Shown here: positions 35,301-44,407 of the stretch, one piece after another
Numbering within the stretch: the first letter of the stretch is position 1
Layout of the letters: every line of letters begins with the position of its first letter
Origin: Myxococcota bacterium
GTDB lineage: Bacteria > Myxococcota_A > Polyangia > Polyangiales > Sandaracinaceae
NCBI GenBank assembly: GCA_036149055.1
Contig: JAYZQJ010000033.1
Coordinates: forward strand, 32,001-96,000
Reading direction: 5' to 3'
Length of the DNA stretch: 64,000 bases
Notes under the pieces: generated by a model
Told to the model about the DNA's origin: nothing
What the model saw: the letters and a program-made list of their open reading frames with translations, nothing else
The model's database searches: none
Translations under genes and position numbers: made by a program

Positions 35301-38300
35301 GAGGCGCGCGAGCGCGTGGCCGTACGACCGCTGGGCCTCGCCGTGATCGGGCCGCAGCCCCACCGCGGCCCGCAAGGCCTCCTCCGCCCCGGCGTCCTCG
35401 TTCCGCGCGGCGCGCACCTGGCCGAGGCCGAGCCACGCCTCGAAGCCGGTCGCGTCCGCCGCGGCCGAGGCCGCGAACGCCGCCTCCGCCGCGCCGAGGT
35501 CACCGAGCGCGCGCCGCGCGCGCCCCAGCCCGAGCTGGCTCTCCGCGTCCGGCGCGATCCGGACGGCGCGCTGGTAGGCCTCGGCCGAGGCCTCCCACCG
35601 GCCGGCCGCCGCGCACGCCGCCCCGAGCCGCGCCGCGATCCGAGGATCGTCGGGCGAGAGGGTCGCCGCCTGCGCGAGGGGCGCCGCCGCGTCCGCCGGC
35701 CGCTCCAGGCGCTCGAGCACCCCGGCGAGCGAGAGCTGCGTCGTGAGGTCCTCTTGCGCCATCGCGGCCGCCTGCTCGAGCGGCGAGAGCGCCTCGGCGT
35801 CGCGGCCCAGCTTGCCGTAGAGCCGGCCGAGCGAGACGAGGGCCTCCGCCCAGCCGGGGGCGAGCTCCACCGCCTTGCGGTAAGAGGCGATGGCCGCGTC
35901 GGGCTGACCGAGCTTGGCCTGCGCGTCGCCGAGCGCGTGATGCGCGTCGGCGGAGCCGGGCAGCAGGGTGACGGCGCGGGAGAGCGCCCGCAGGGCCGCG
36001 TCGGCCTGCTTCTTCGCGAGGAGCGTGCGGCCGTAGCCGAACAGCACGTCGCCGTCCATCGCGGCGTCGACCCCGCCCTCGAGCTGCACCGCCCGCTCGT
36101 AGCAAGCGAGGGCGCGATCGAGCTCGCCGCGCCGCTCCTGCACGTCGGCGAGCGCCGCGAAGAGCGCGCGGTCCTCGGCGTGATCGGCGGCCGCCGCCTC
36201 GAGCGCCTCGGCGGCCTCGTCGTCCCGGAAGTCCTCGGCGAGCAGCACGCCGAGCCCGCGGCGGGCCTTCTCCCAGCCGAGCCCGATCGCCTTGCGGTAG
36301 GCCTCCTCCGCGGCGGTGGGCGCCCCGTTCGCGTGGCGGGCGTCGCCGAGCGCGGCCCAGCCCTCCCCGCTCGACGGCAGCGCGGTCACCGCGCGCTCGA
36401 GGGCGGCCACCGCGTCGCCCGGGCGCTCGTCCCCCAGGTACGCCATGCCGAGGTGCAGGCGCGCCTCGGGCTGGTCCGGGTAGAGCGCGAGGCTCGCCTC
36501 GAGGTGCGTCACCGCCGCCTCGAAGCCGCCGCGACGGAGCTCCGCGGCCCCGAGCGCGCTCTTGACGCCCGCGTCGCCCGGGGCGCCCTCGTGCGCGGTG
36601 GTGAGCGCGGCGACCGCCTCGTCGTGCCGGCCGAGCCGGCTCAGGACGCGGCCGAGCTTGGCGTGCGCGCCTTCGGGCGTCTCGCCGCTGGCGTCGATCG
36701 CGGACTGGTAGGCCGCGGCCGCCTCGCCGGTCCGCCCGAGGGCCGCGAGCGCGTCGCCCTTCCCGACCAGCGCGGTCGCGTGCGCGCCGTCGAGGCGGAG
36801 CGAGTCGTCGAAGGCGGCGATCGCGCGATCGACCTGACCGGCGGCGAGCCGCGCGCGCCCCACGTCGGCCCAGCCTCGCGCCTCCTCGAGCCCGAGCGAC
36901 GCGGCCCGCTCGAGCGCCTCGAGCGCGGCCTCGGGCGCGCCCGTGGCCAGGAGCGCCGCGCCGAGCCGCGCGTTCGCCATCGCGTCGCCGGGCGCCAGCG
37001 CCACCGCGCGCTTCAGCGGATCGACCGCCGCCTCCTCGAACCCGAGCGAGAGGCGAAGATCCCCGAGGGCCGCCTGCCCTTCGGCGTCGTCGGGATCGAG
37101 CGCGAGCGCGCGGCTCCAGGCGTCGACCGCCTCGTCGTCCGCGCCGATCGCGCGCTTGGCCCGAGCCAGCTCCACCCAGGCGCCGCGGAGCTGCGGGGCG
37201 AGCTCGGTGGCCTTCTCGAAGCTGGCGCGCGCGTCGTCTGCGAGCCCGCGCGCCTTCTGGGCCCGACCGAGCCGGGCGTGGAGCGCGCCGTCGTCCTCCG
37301 CCAGCCCGACCGCGCTCCGGTAGCTCGCCTCCGCGTCCGCCGGACGCTCGGCCGTCATCCAGAGGTCGCCGAGCTCCGCGTGGAGCGCGGCGTCGTCCGG
37401 CCGGAGCCCGATCGCCTTCTTCAGCGCGTCGGCCGCCCGGGCCTGGTCGCCGAGCCCGCCGCGCGCCCGCCCGAGCGCGAGCCACGCGTCGGCGTCCTCG
37501 GCCTCGCGCTGGGTCACGCGCTCGAACGCCATCACCGCGAGCTCGTGCTGCCCGCTCTCGGACGCGCTCCGCCCGAGGGCCCGCTGCGCGTCGAGGCGGT
37601 CGGGCTCTCGATCGGTGGCGCGCTTCAAGGCGGCGACCGCGTCGGCGTGCCGGCCTCGCTCGGCGAGCGCGCGCCCGTAGGCGATCCACGCCTCGACGTC
37701 GAGCGGCGCGAGCTCGGTGGCCTTCTCGAGCGCCGGCAGCGCTCGCTCCACCCGCCCGAGCGCGAGCAGCGTCGCCCCGAGCTGGCTCTGCAGCGCCGCG
37801 TCGTCCGGCTTGGCCTCGACCGCCTTCTCGAGCGGCTCCACCGCGTCGGCGTCGCGATCGAGCGCCGAGTACGCCGCGCCGAGGCCGCCGAGGGCCTCGA
37901 CGTCCTGGGCCGCGCGCGCGAGCACCGCCCGCCACGCCTCGACCGCCTCCTCCTGGGCGCCCGCCTTCACCGCCGCGCGGGCGTGCTGACGGTGCGCGTC
38001 GAGCCGATCCGGGTCGAGCTTCGCCGCGCGCCGGTAGGCCTCGCGCGCCTCGTCCCACTTCTGGGCGTCGGTGTGGGCGCGGCCGAGGGCCATGAGCGCG
38101 TCGGGGTCGTCGGCGCTCAGCTGCGACAACGCCGAGAGCACCTCGGCCTCGTCGCTCGGCCGCTCGAGGCGCTTGAAGAGATCGGCGAGCGATCGCAAGA
38201 CGCCTTCGTTCTGCGGGTCGACCTCGCGGGCCTTGCGGTAGGCGCGCACCGCCTTCTCGAGCTCGCCGCCCGCCTCGTAGAGGGCGGCGAGGCTCTGGTG

Positions 38301-41300
38301 CGGCGCGGCGGACGCGCCGTCGAGCTGGGCGCTCTTCTCGAGCGCGGCCAGCGCCTCGTCGTTCATCTTCAGCGCCGCGCAGCTCTGCCCGAGCAGGAGC
38401 TGAGCCTCGGCGACGTCGGGCGCGATGCGCGTGCTCTGCCGCAAGGACTGGCGCGCCTCCTCCCACTTCTCCTGACCCGCCTCCGCCCGGCCGCGGCCGA
38501 GGTAGAGGCTCGCGTCGTCGGGCTCCACCTCGAGCGCCGCCGCGTACGCCCGCTCCGCGCCGCCGAGCTTGCCGAGCGCGAAGAGCACCGCGCCGTGGGC
38601 CGCGTGGACCTCCGCCCGCTCCGGCAGCAAGGAAACCGCCTTCGCCAGCGCGAGCTCGGCCTCCTCGTCCTGCTCGAGGGCGCGGTGCGCGAGGCCGAGC
38701 GCGTGCCAGCTCTCGCCCCGGCCCTCGTCGATCTCGACCGCCCGCGCGAAGGCCTTCACCGCCGCGCCGCGCTTGTCGAGCTTCGCCGCCGCGACGCCGA
38801 GCGCGTGGTGGGCGTCCGCCGATCGCGGATCGAAGCCCACGCTGTGATCGAGGGCGTCGTAGCTCCGCTCCCACCGCCCGGCCGCCGCCGCGGCGACGCC
38901 GAGCCGGCAGAGCAGCGCGGCGTCCTGAGGCGCGAGCTCCACCGCCTTCTCGAGCTCGTCGGCCGCCTCCTCGTCGCGACCGAGGTCGCGGAGCACCGCG
39001 GCGAGCGCCGCGTGCAGCTCGGGCTCCGGGGGCAGCGCCTCGATGGCGTCGCGGTAGGTGTCGACCGCCTGCTCCTTCTTGCCGAGCCGCGCGCGCACCT
39101 CGGCGAGGGCGCGCTTGGCCCGCCCCCGCCCCGGCTCCGCGCCGAGCGCCTGGTCGTAGGCCCGCTCCGCCTCGGGGAGCGCGTCGAGCCGGGAGAGCGC
39201 GAGGCCCAGGCTCTCCCACACCTCGGCGTTGCCGGGCGAGAGCGCCGCGCACTTCTCGAGCGCGTCGCGCGCCCGCTCCCACTGCTCGGCGCGCACGTAG
39301 CCGAGGCCGAGATCGATCAGCAGCTGGGTGCTGTCCCCGCCGCCGAGCTCCACCGCCTTCGCGTAGGCGTCCGCGCTCTCCTCGTGCCGACCGAGCTTCT
39401 GGAGCACGCCGCCCTGGCCCGACCACAGAGTCGACTCCTCGGGGTGCGCCTCGAGCGCCTGGGCGTAGACCTTCGACGCCTCCTCCCAGCGCTCGAGCTC
39501 CGCGAGCAGCGCCGCGCGAGGGCCGAGCCACTCGGTGCGCGCGGGCGCGAGCCGGCTCGCCTCCTCGTAGGCCGCGATCGCCTCCTCGCGCTCCTCCGCC
39601 TTCGCCGCCGCCTCGCCGCGCAGCGCGTGCGCCTCCGCCTCCTCGGGCAGGCGCTCCACCGCCGCCCGCAGCGCCTCGAGGCCCTCGCCGCCGCTCCGCA
39701 GCTGCGCCTTGCCGAGCGCGAGGCGCAGGGCGCCGTCGTCGGGGCGCGCCTTCACCGCGGCGGTGAGCGGGGGCACCGCGTCGCCCCACTTCTCGAGCTT
39801 CACCCGCACCTGCCCGAGCAGCGCCTTCAGCGACGCGTCCTCCGGGTCGAGCTCCACCGCCTTGGTCAGCCGCTCCTCGGCGACCTTCAGCTCGCCCTTC
39901 TCCTCGTGCAGCCGACCGCTCAGCGCGAAGCCCTCGGCCCACGACGAGTCGATCTCGAGCGCGCTGGTCAGGTGATCCTTCGCGGCGTCGAGGTCCTTCA
40001 GCTCGAGGCACGCCTTGCCGAGCCACTTGAACGCCTCGCCGATGTCGGGGCGGATCTTCACCGCCCGGGTGAGCGACTTGCGCGCGTCGTCCCACGCCGC
40101 CGTCCGAGCGAGGCTCACGCCGAGCCGGGTCAGGCTCTTCGGGTCCTCTTCGTCGAGCTTCACCGCGCGCTGCCACGCCTCGGCCGCCTCCGCGTGCTTG
40201 CCGAGGCGCTCGAGCAAGGCGCCGTGCGTGCGGTGCACCTCCACCGCGTCGGGCTTCCGCTCGGCCGCGCGCCCGTAGGCTCGCGCCGCGTCCTCCCACT
40301 TCTCGAGCTTCTCGCTGAGCTGCCCCGCCTCGAGGAAGCCCTCGACGAACTCGGGGTCGTGCTCGGCCGCCTTGAGGTAGGCGCCGATCGCCTCGCGGTC
40401 GTCCTCCAGCGCCCGGCATCCCTCCGCGAGCTCCTTGTAGGCGCGGGCCCGGACCAGCGGCTCCGGCTGGGCGCCGCCCTCGTCCCAGGTCCGCAGCGCC
40501 TTCTCGGCCGCCTGCTGCGCCTGCTGCCAGCGCTCGACCGCGTTGTAGGCGATGGCGAGCTGGAGCGCGGCCTGCGCGTCCTCGGGCGCGACCTTCACCG
40601 CCTTCTGCAGGATCGGCACCGCCTCGTCCGAGCGCTCCTGCCGGTTGAGCGACGTGCCGCGGATCACGAGCATCTCCGCGTTCTCGTCCTCGGCGCGCAG
40701 CACCGCGATCGCCGCCTTCTCGGCGTCGGCCCAGCGCTCGGCCTCGAAGTAGAGCCGCGCGAGCGCGGTCCACGCCTCGGTGTTGCCGTCGTCGAGCGCG
40801 ACGACCTTCTCGTAGCTCTTCACGACCTCGTCGGTCTTGCCGAGCTTCGCGCGCACCTGGGCGAGGGCCTCCTGCGTCTCGAAGTGCTCCGGGCGCATCT
40901 CGGCCGCGGTGACGAAGGACTTCTCCGCCGGCTCGTGCTGGCCGAGCGCGACCTGCGTCTGGCCGAGGAGGAAGAAGACGTCCGGGTCGTCCCGGAGCAG
41001 GGTCGAGGCCTTCTCGAGCCGCTCGAGCGCCTCCTCGTTCTTCTCCAGCCGCCGCAGGCAGCGGCCGAGCTTGAAGTAGATGCCGCCGTCGTCGGGGAGG
41101 AAGCGCAGCGCGATCTTGTAGGAGTTGTGCGCCTCCTGATCCTGGCCGACGTGCTCGTAGACGCCGCCGATGGCGATGTATCCGTCGAGGAAGTCCGGGT
41201 CGAGATCGAGCGCGCGCCGATAGGCCTCGATGGCGCGATCGTCCTCTCCGAGGTGTTTGCACGCCTCGCCGAGGAGCTTGTGCCCCTCGACGTGATCCTT

Positions 41301-41891
41301 CTCGGCGGCGACCAGCGCCTGGAGCACGCGGCCCGCGTCCTCCCACTTCTCGAAGCGCACGTAGGCGCGGCCGAGCGGGAGGAGCAGCGTCGGGTCGTTC
41401 GGCTCGAGCTTCAGCGCGCGCTCCAGGCACGCGATCGCGAGCTCCCACTTCTCGGCCTCGACGCAGGTCTCGCCGCCCTTGCGCGGCGCGTCGGCGTGCT
41501 CGGGCGGATCGGCCTCCGCCTCGAGCTGGCTCACCGCGTGGTAGGCGTCGGCGGCGGTGCTCACGTCGCCGACCTTCACCGCGACCTCGCCCAGCACGTA
41601 CTGGCAGTCGGCGTGCTCGGGCTTGATGGCCGCCGCCTCCTTCAGCGGGGCGACCGCCTCCTCGGTCTGTCCGTCCTCGAGGTAGGCGCGCCCGAGCCCG
41701 TACCGGCAGCCGAAGTGGTCGGCCTTCGAGCGGCGCGCGCTCTCGTACTCCTTGATGGCTCTGTCGAGCTCCCCGAGCTTGTGATACGCGGCCGCGAGCT
41801 GGTAGCGCTTCCGCGTGTCCTTGGGGTTCACGAGCAGACCCTGCTTGTACAGGGTCACCATCTCTCTGAGCTTCTCGGGGTCGTCCGACAT
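32370..41891 (-). CDS. Giant tetratricopeptide-repeat protein (~3173 aa)
   Basis: Continuous ~34-aa periodicity (AxxxLGxxxxxxGxxxxAxxxYxxAxxLxP) from MSDDPEKL to the C-terminus. No signal peptide or other domain recognised. Confidence 0.93.
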   Translation of the reverse strand: MSDDPEKLREMVTLYKQGLLVNPKDTRKRYQLAAAYHKLGELDRAIKEYESARRSKADHFGCRYGLGRAYLEDGQTEEAVAPLKEAAAIKPEHADCQYVLGEVAVKVGDVSTAADAYHAVSQLEAEADPPEHADAPRKGGETCVEAEKWELAIACLERALKLEPNDPTLLLPLGRAYVRFEKWEDAGRVLQALVAAEKDHVEGHKLLGEACKHLGEDDRAIEAYRRALDLDPDFLDGYIAIGGVYEHVGQDQEAHNSYKIALRFLPDDGGIYFKLGRCLRRLEKNEEALERLEKASTLLRDDPDVFFLLGQTQVALGQHEPAEKSFVTAAEMRPEHFETQEALAQVRAKLGKTDEVVKSYEKVVALDDGNTEAWTALARLYFEAERWADAEKAAIAVLRAEDENAEMLVIRGTSLNRQERSDEAVPILQKAVKVAPEDAQAALQLAIAYNAVERWQQAQQAAEKALRTWDEGGAQPEPLVRARAYKELAEGCRALEDDREAIGAYLKAAEHDPEFVEGFLEAGQLSEKLEKWEDAARAYGRAAERKPDAVEVHRTHGALLERLGKHAEAAEAWQRAVKLDEEDPKSLTRLGVSLARTAAWDDARKSLTRAVKIRPDIGEAFKWLGKACLELKDLDAAKDHLTSALEIDSSWAEGFALSGRLHEEKGELKVAEERLTKAVELDPEDASLKALLGQVRVKLEKWGDAVPPLTAAVKARPDDGALRLALGKAQLRSGGEGLEALRAAVERLPEEAEAHALRGEAAAKAEEREEAIAAYEEASRLAPARTEWLGPRAALLAELERWEEASKVYAQALEAHPEESTLWSGQGGVLQKLGRHEESADAYAKAVELGGGDSTQLLIDLGLGYVRAEQWERARDALEKCAALSPGNAEVWESLGLALSRLDALPEAERAYDQALGAEPGRGRAKRALAEVRARLGKKEQAVDTYRDAIEALPPEPELHAALAAVLRDLGRDEEAADELEKAVELAPQDAALLCRLGVAAAAAGRWERSYDALDHSVGFDPRSADAHHALGVAAAKLDKRGAAVKAFARAVEIDEGRGESWHALGLAHRALEQDEEAELALAKAVSLLPERAEVHAAHGAVLFALGKLGGAERAYAAALEVEPDDASLYLGRGRAEAGQEKWEEARQSLRQSTRIAPDVAEAQLLLGQSCAALKMNDEALAALEKSAQLDGASAAPHQSLAALYEAGGELEKAVRAYRKAREVDPQNEGVLRSLADLFKRLERPSDEAEVLSALSQLSADDPDALMALGRAHTDAQKWDEAREAYRRAAKLDPDRLDAHRQHARAAVKAGAQEEAVEAWRAVLARAAQDVEALGGLGAAYSALDRDADAVEPLEKAVEAKPDDAALQSQLGATLLALGRVERALPALEKATELAPLDVEAWIAYGRALAERGRHADAVAALKRATDREPDRLDAQRALGRSASESGQHELAVMAFERVTQREAEDADAWLALGRARGGLGDQARAADALKKAIGLRPDDAALHAELGDLWMTAERPADAEASYRSAVGLAEDDGALHARLGRAQKARGLADDARASFEKATELAPQLRGAWVELARAKRAIGADDEAVDAWSRALALDPDDAEGQAALGDLRLSLGFEEAAVDPLKRAVALAPGDAMANARLGAALLATGAPEAALEALERAASLGLEEARGWADVGRARLAAGQVDRAIAAFDDSLRLDGAHATALVGKGDALAALGRTGEAAAAYQSAIDASGETPEGAHAKLGRVLSRLGRHDEAVAALTTAHEGAPGDAGVKSALGAAELRRGGFEAAVTHLEASLALYPDQPEARLHLGMAYLGDERPGDAVAALERAVTALPSSGEGWAALGDARHANGAPTAAEEAYRKAIGLGWEKARRGLGVLLAEDFRDDEAAEALEAAAADHAEDRALFAALADVQERRGELDRALACYERAVQLEGGVDAAMDGDVLFGYGRTLLAKKQADAALRALSRAVTLLPGSADAHHALGDAQAKLGQPDAAIASYRKAVELAPGWAEALVSLGRLYGKLGRDAEALSPLEQAAAMAQEDLTTQLSLAGVLERLERPADAAAPLAQAATLSPDDPRIAARLGAACAAAGRWEASAEAYQRAVRIAPDAESQLGLGRARRALGDLGAAEAAFAASAAADATGFEAWLGLGQVRAARNEDAGAEEALRAAVGLRPDHGEAQRSYGHALARLGRHEPAAAALEVAVRARSDDGAAWAALGRSYQALGRDADAARALAKASEVGEGGVDTLLALADACAREGRVDDAAAALAKARAAAPGDAAMQEQVAAKLAAIGRMDDAIAAQRSAVELAPGAPGKVKLGDLLLASGDVTGAASVFGEAASESPEDFDAQRGLGKAHAAAGQHADAAKAFGKALQLRPDDADTAFEVGRALNALGKHAAAIGVFEAALSKAPQDAAGHAGYGEALAAVDRKDEALQELRRAAELKPKVAWFHRALGELALSMDRVDEAVKALAEAATLAPQDAASHRAHGLALLAAERWQEALDALSKTVNLGVQDGPVAVGMGASLCRLARYSEARDWLNAARHRAPDDPEARYYLGVTMLALGDVAKAREESEAAVTARPEDARYLVGFGQVLEAEKRSKQAVQQYAKAAELDPTRADAHEHAARVYLALGMPSEAEAHYGKLAALSDDVEVLLGLAKAREDRSAPEEAVAPLERAASLRPDDADIQRRLARALGAAGRWDAAVDALKQAMHVAEAPAPIAAELAEACRHADRGFDLLDALVEARDRRPEDAGVRVALARAFADAGEADKAYAEAKAAAEADASSREAQALLGRLHREAGRVQEALEALRQAASLGGHHADDWVQLAWCYRDDGQPDRALDAARRAVRLDEESALAHRALGELLVESAPAEALKSLERARELDGDDPAVLLALGEALTAAGKGEEAISVLEAAAASGGSARLELARASAYERAGKLDEALKALNALVREVQSAEGYFRMGAVLQRLERFDESAAALSRALRMDPTHATAQYALGASLMRLGRGEEAIAAWEGACKNAPHDPSLKAALGFGYLKVGRKEDAAAACAEAMELGLGDVDTLMSFGKLFERLDRREDAVRAYTRIGEVDPDHSEAMHRLADNLIELHRFQEAVEPYQQALLSAPDDPGLRYGLGVCYANLGQGAAARAQYEALKKLDADKAEELFFIIE

Positions 41892-42066
41892 GAGGGAGGG
41901 CGACGATACCGAAGCGGGCTGCGCGATTGAAGAGCGGATCGCGGCCCCGTAACCCGAGTTGCGCGGCGCTCCCGACGCCGCCCGCGGCGATACCCTCGTT
42001 TGGGGATGTAGCCCTCGAGAAGAGGGCGAGAGGAAACCAGGTCGCGCGGCGCGCGATGAGCCGGCC

Positions 42067-42318
42067 ATGCCTGCTCGACGCCCGCGCTACGCGCCCCGCG
42101 ATCGCTACCGGACCCGCCCCTCGGCGCGCGAGGTCCCGGCCCTGCACGACCTGGCCGCGACGGCCCTCGATCGGCCGCTGGTGGATCTCCCCGCGGCGCG
42201 GAGACGCGAGCGGGCCCGGACGCGCTGCCTGCCCTCTCTCGTGCCCCTCGTGCTGGTGGTGCTCGGCCGCTCGCTGACCCTCGGCTCGGTCGTCGGCGCG
42301 ACCCTGGCGTGCCTGTGA
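42067..42318 (+). CDS. Small hypothetical protein with C-terminal hydrophobic segment
   Basis: Fills the gap between the TPR and PLD genes. Ends LVPLVLVVLG...VVGATLACL. Confidence 0.35.
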   Translation: MPARRPRYAPRDRYRTRPSAREVPALHDLAATALDRPLVDLPAARRRERARTRCLPSLVPLVLVVLGRSLTLGSVVGATLACL

Positions 42319-42330
42319 GGCTGTTGCCTC

Positions 42331-43575
42331 CTACTCGGCGACCCGCGGGGCGACGTAGTCCCGAGCGGGGTCGATGGGCGCGGCGTACTCGCTGGACCAG
42401 GTGCCGTCGAAGAACGCCTCGAGGTCCCGGGCGAAGGCCTCGCTCTCGACGACGAAGCCCGCGTTGCGGCTGTGGAGGAAGTAGTCGCCGGCCGCGTTGC
42501 TGGTGCCGACCCAGGAGGCGGCGCCGTCGACGCTCAGGTACTTCGCGTGCACCGTGCGGGAGAACGGGACGAAGCCCCGGGAGGCCTCCGGGATGGTCAC
42601 GATCCGGACCTCGATCCCCTCGACCGCGTGCAGCGCCTTCAGGTCCTCGATCCGGCCGGGTCGGGTCTCCCAGTGGCTGACCATCACGCGCACGTCGACC
42701 CCGCGGGCCGCCGCCTCGCGCAGCGCGTCGTCGAGCGCGGTCCAGCGATCCCCTCCGTGCCCGACGAGGTGGTAGCCCATCACCTGTAGCCGCAGGGTCC
42801 GCCGGGCGCCGGCGATCATCGCCTCGAGGCGCGGCCAGTCCCAGGCCGCCCCCTCGGGGAGCGCGGGCTCGGGGCTGAACGTCGGCCACACCCGCGCGGG
42901 CGCTCCGCCGTAGTCGACCACCGCCGGGAATTCGCGCGCCTCGCCGACCGCCCTCGCCTCCTCGAGCGACGCGCCGCCGGCCAGCGCCCAGTCCATCGCG
43001 AACACGTCGGCCACCGCCCCGACGAGCGAGGGCTCGCGGACCAGCAGGCCGAGCTCCTGGATCTGGGTGAGCGAGCGCCAGTCGAAGTTCTGGCTGCCCA
43101 CGAAGGCGGCGCGCCCGTCGACGACGAAGAGCTTGGCGTGCTGCACGCCGCCGCCGGCGTGGGGGCCGAAGTCGAGGATGCGCACCTCGACGCCTTCGAT
43201 CGCGCCGAGCGCGTCGGGCACCTCGGGCATGCGGGCGTGGAACATCGCGTCGAAGACCATGCGCACCCGCACCCCGCGCGCCGCCGCCGCCTCGATCGCC
43301 GCGATCACCGGCTCGAGCGCCTCCCCCTCCTCCGTGACGCCGTAGAAGAAGAGCATGTCCAGCGAGCTGGACGCCTCGCCGATCAGCTGCGGCCAGAGCG
43401 CGGGCGCGTCGGGGATGCCCGGGTGGTCGAGGGAGGTCTCCACCGGCCAGGACTCGACGAGGGTCAGCGCCGGCGGGGACGGGCTGGCGACCGCGGGCTC
43501 CGGCGTCACCGGCTCCGGGGCCGCGCCGCCGCAGCCGAGGGTCAGACAGCAGAGCCCGAGCAGCGCGCCTCGCAT
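42331..43575 (-). CDS. Phospholipase D superfamily lipoprotein (PLD3/poxvirus K4-like)
   Basis: Lipobox TLGC, LVESWP N-terminus, and two HKD motifs (HAKLFVVD...GSQNFD and HAKYLSVD...GTSN). Confidence 0.88.
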   Translation of the reverse strand: MRGALLGLCCLTLGCGGAAPEPVTPEPAVASPSPPALTLVESWPVETSLDHPGIPDAPALWPQLIGEASSSLDMLFFYGVTEEGEALEPVIAAIEAAAARGVRVRMVFDAMFHARMPEVPDALGAIEGVEVRILDFGPHAGGGVQHAKLFVVDGRAAFVGSQNFDWRSLTQIQELGLLVREPSLVGAVADVFAMDWALAGGASLEEARAVGEAREFPAVVDYGGAPARVWPTFSPEPALPEGAAWDWPRLEAMIAGARRTLRLQVMGYHLVGHGGDRWTALDDALREAAARGVDVRVMVSHWETRPGRIEDLKALHAVEGIEVRIVTIPEASRGFVPFSRTVHAKYLSVDGAASWVGTSNAAGDYFLHSRNAGFVVESEAFARDLEAFFDGTWSSEYAAPIDPARDYVAPRVAE

Positions 43576-43586
43576 GGCGGCGGACG

Positions 43587-44258
43587 CTACAGCTTCGCGT
43601 CGAGCCCGTCCACGAGAACGACCGGCTGCAGCACCGTGTCGACGCGCAGCTCGGCCGGCACGAGCCGCCGCGGATCGTCGATCAGCAGACGCAGGCCGAG
43701 GTCGGCTCGCAGCTCCTCGTGCTCCATCAGCGCGCGCTTGAAGCGGTCGACGAAGGTGTCGGGCATGGTCGCTCGGGCGGTGCCGCTCTCGGCCATCGAG
43801 GGCACGTCCCGCTCCCGCCACACCACCGCGCCATCGACGGTGATGACGAGGCTGCGCACGTGCTCGAGGCGCAGGGGCTCGCCGTCCTGATCCTCGAGCA
43901 CGAGGGTGGTGAGCACGAGATCCAGCGCCCTCACCGCCCCGATGTCTCCCCGCCGCGACAGGCGCTCGGCCCGGTCGACCACCCGCTCGCGGGTGAGCAG
44001 GCGCGCGCCCTCCAGCCGCACGTCCACCATGCAGCCATCGTCCATCGGCGCGAAGCTCACCAGCGCCCGATCCGCGTCCGACGGGAAGGACTCCGCGGAC
44101 CCGAACGGGCACTCGGTCCGCGCCCGCTCGGAGAGGGAGAACGTGCGCTCGAAACGAAAGGGTTTCACCGACCCCTCGCCGAGCTCCACCAGGATGAGGT
44201 TCGCGCAGCCCGTCAGGACCAGGGCGGAGGCGAGCGCGGCGTAGGAGCGAGGCGGCAT
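43587..44258 (-). CDS. Hypothetical lipoprotein
   Basis: MPPRSYAALASALVLTGC lipoprotein signal. Confidence 0.7.
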   Translation of the reverse strand: MPPRSYAALASALVLTGCANLILVELGEGSVKPFRFERTFSLSERARTECPFGSAESFPSDADRALVSFAPMDDGCMVDVRLEGARLLTRERVVDRAERLSRRGDIGAVRALDLVLTTLVLEDQDGEPLRLEHVRSLVITVDGAVVWRERDVPSMAESGTARATMPDTFVDRFKRALMEHEELRADLGLRLLIDDPRRLVPAELRVDTVLQPVVLVDGLDAKL

Positions 44259-44407
44259 GGCCGCGACCGCTGCAGCGCGCGTGCCGCGGCCTCGGTGCGC
44301 AGGGTTCGTACGCGGCCGACGCCGGGACGCCACGGCGCGGTGCGCTGCGGGGCGGATCGCATCATCTCCGGCGGCCGCGTCGCCATCGACGGACTAGAGT
44401 GCGCCTC

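Noticed and set aside
32559..41930. 3123-aa plus-strand ORF and 2215-aa alternative-frame ORF (35500-42147) over the TPR gene
   Set aside because: These are antisense or shifted shadows of a GC3-biased gene. The translations are Arg/Gly/Ala-rich with no motifs.
31809..44258. Paralogy of the two small lipoproteins on either side of the TPR/PLD block
   Set aside because: Only vague beta-strand pattern similarity by eye, which is insufficient without a profile comparison.
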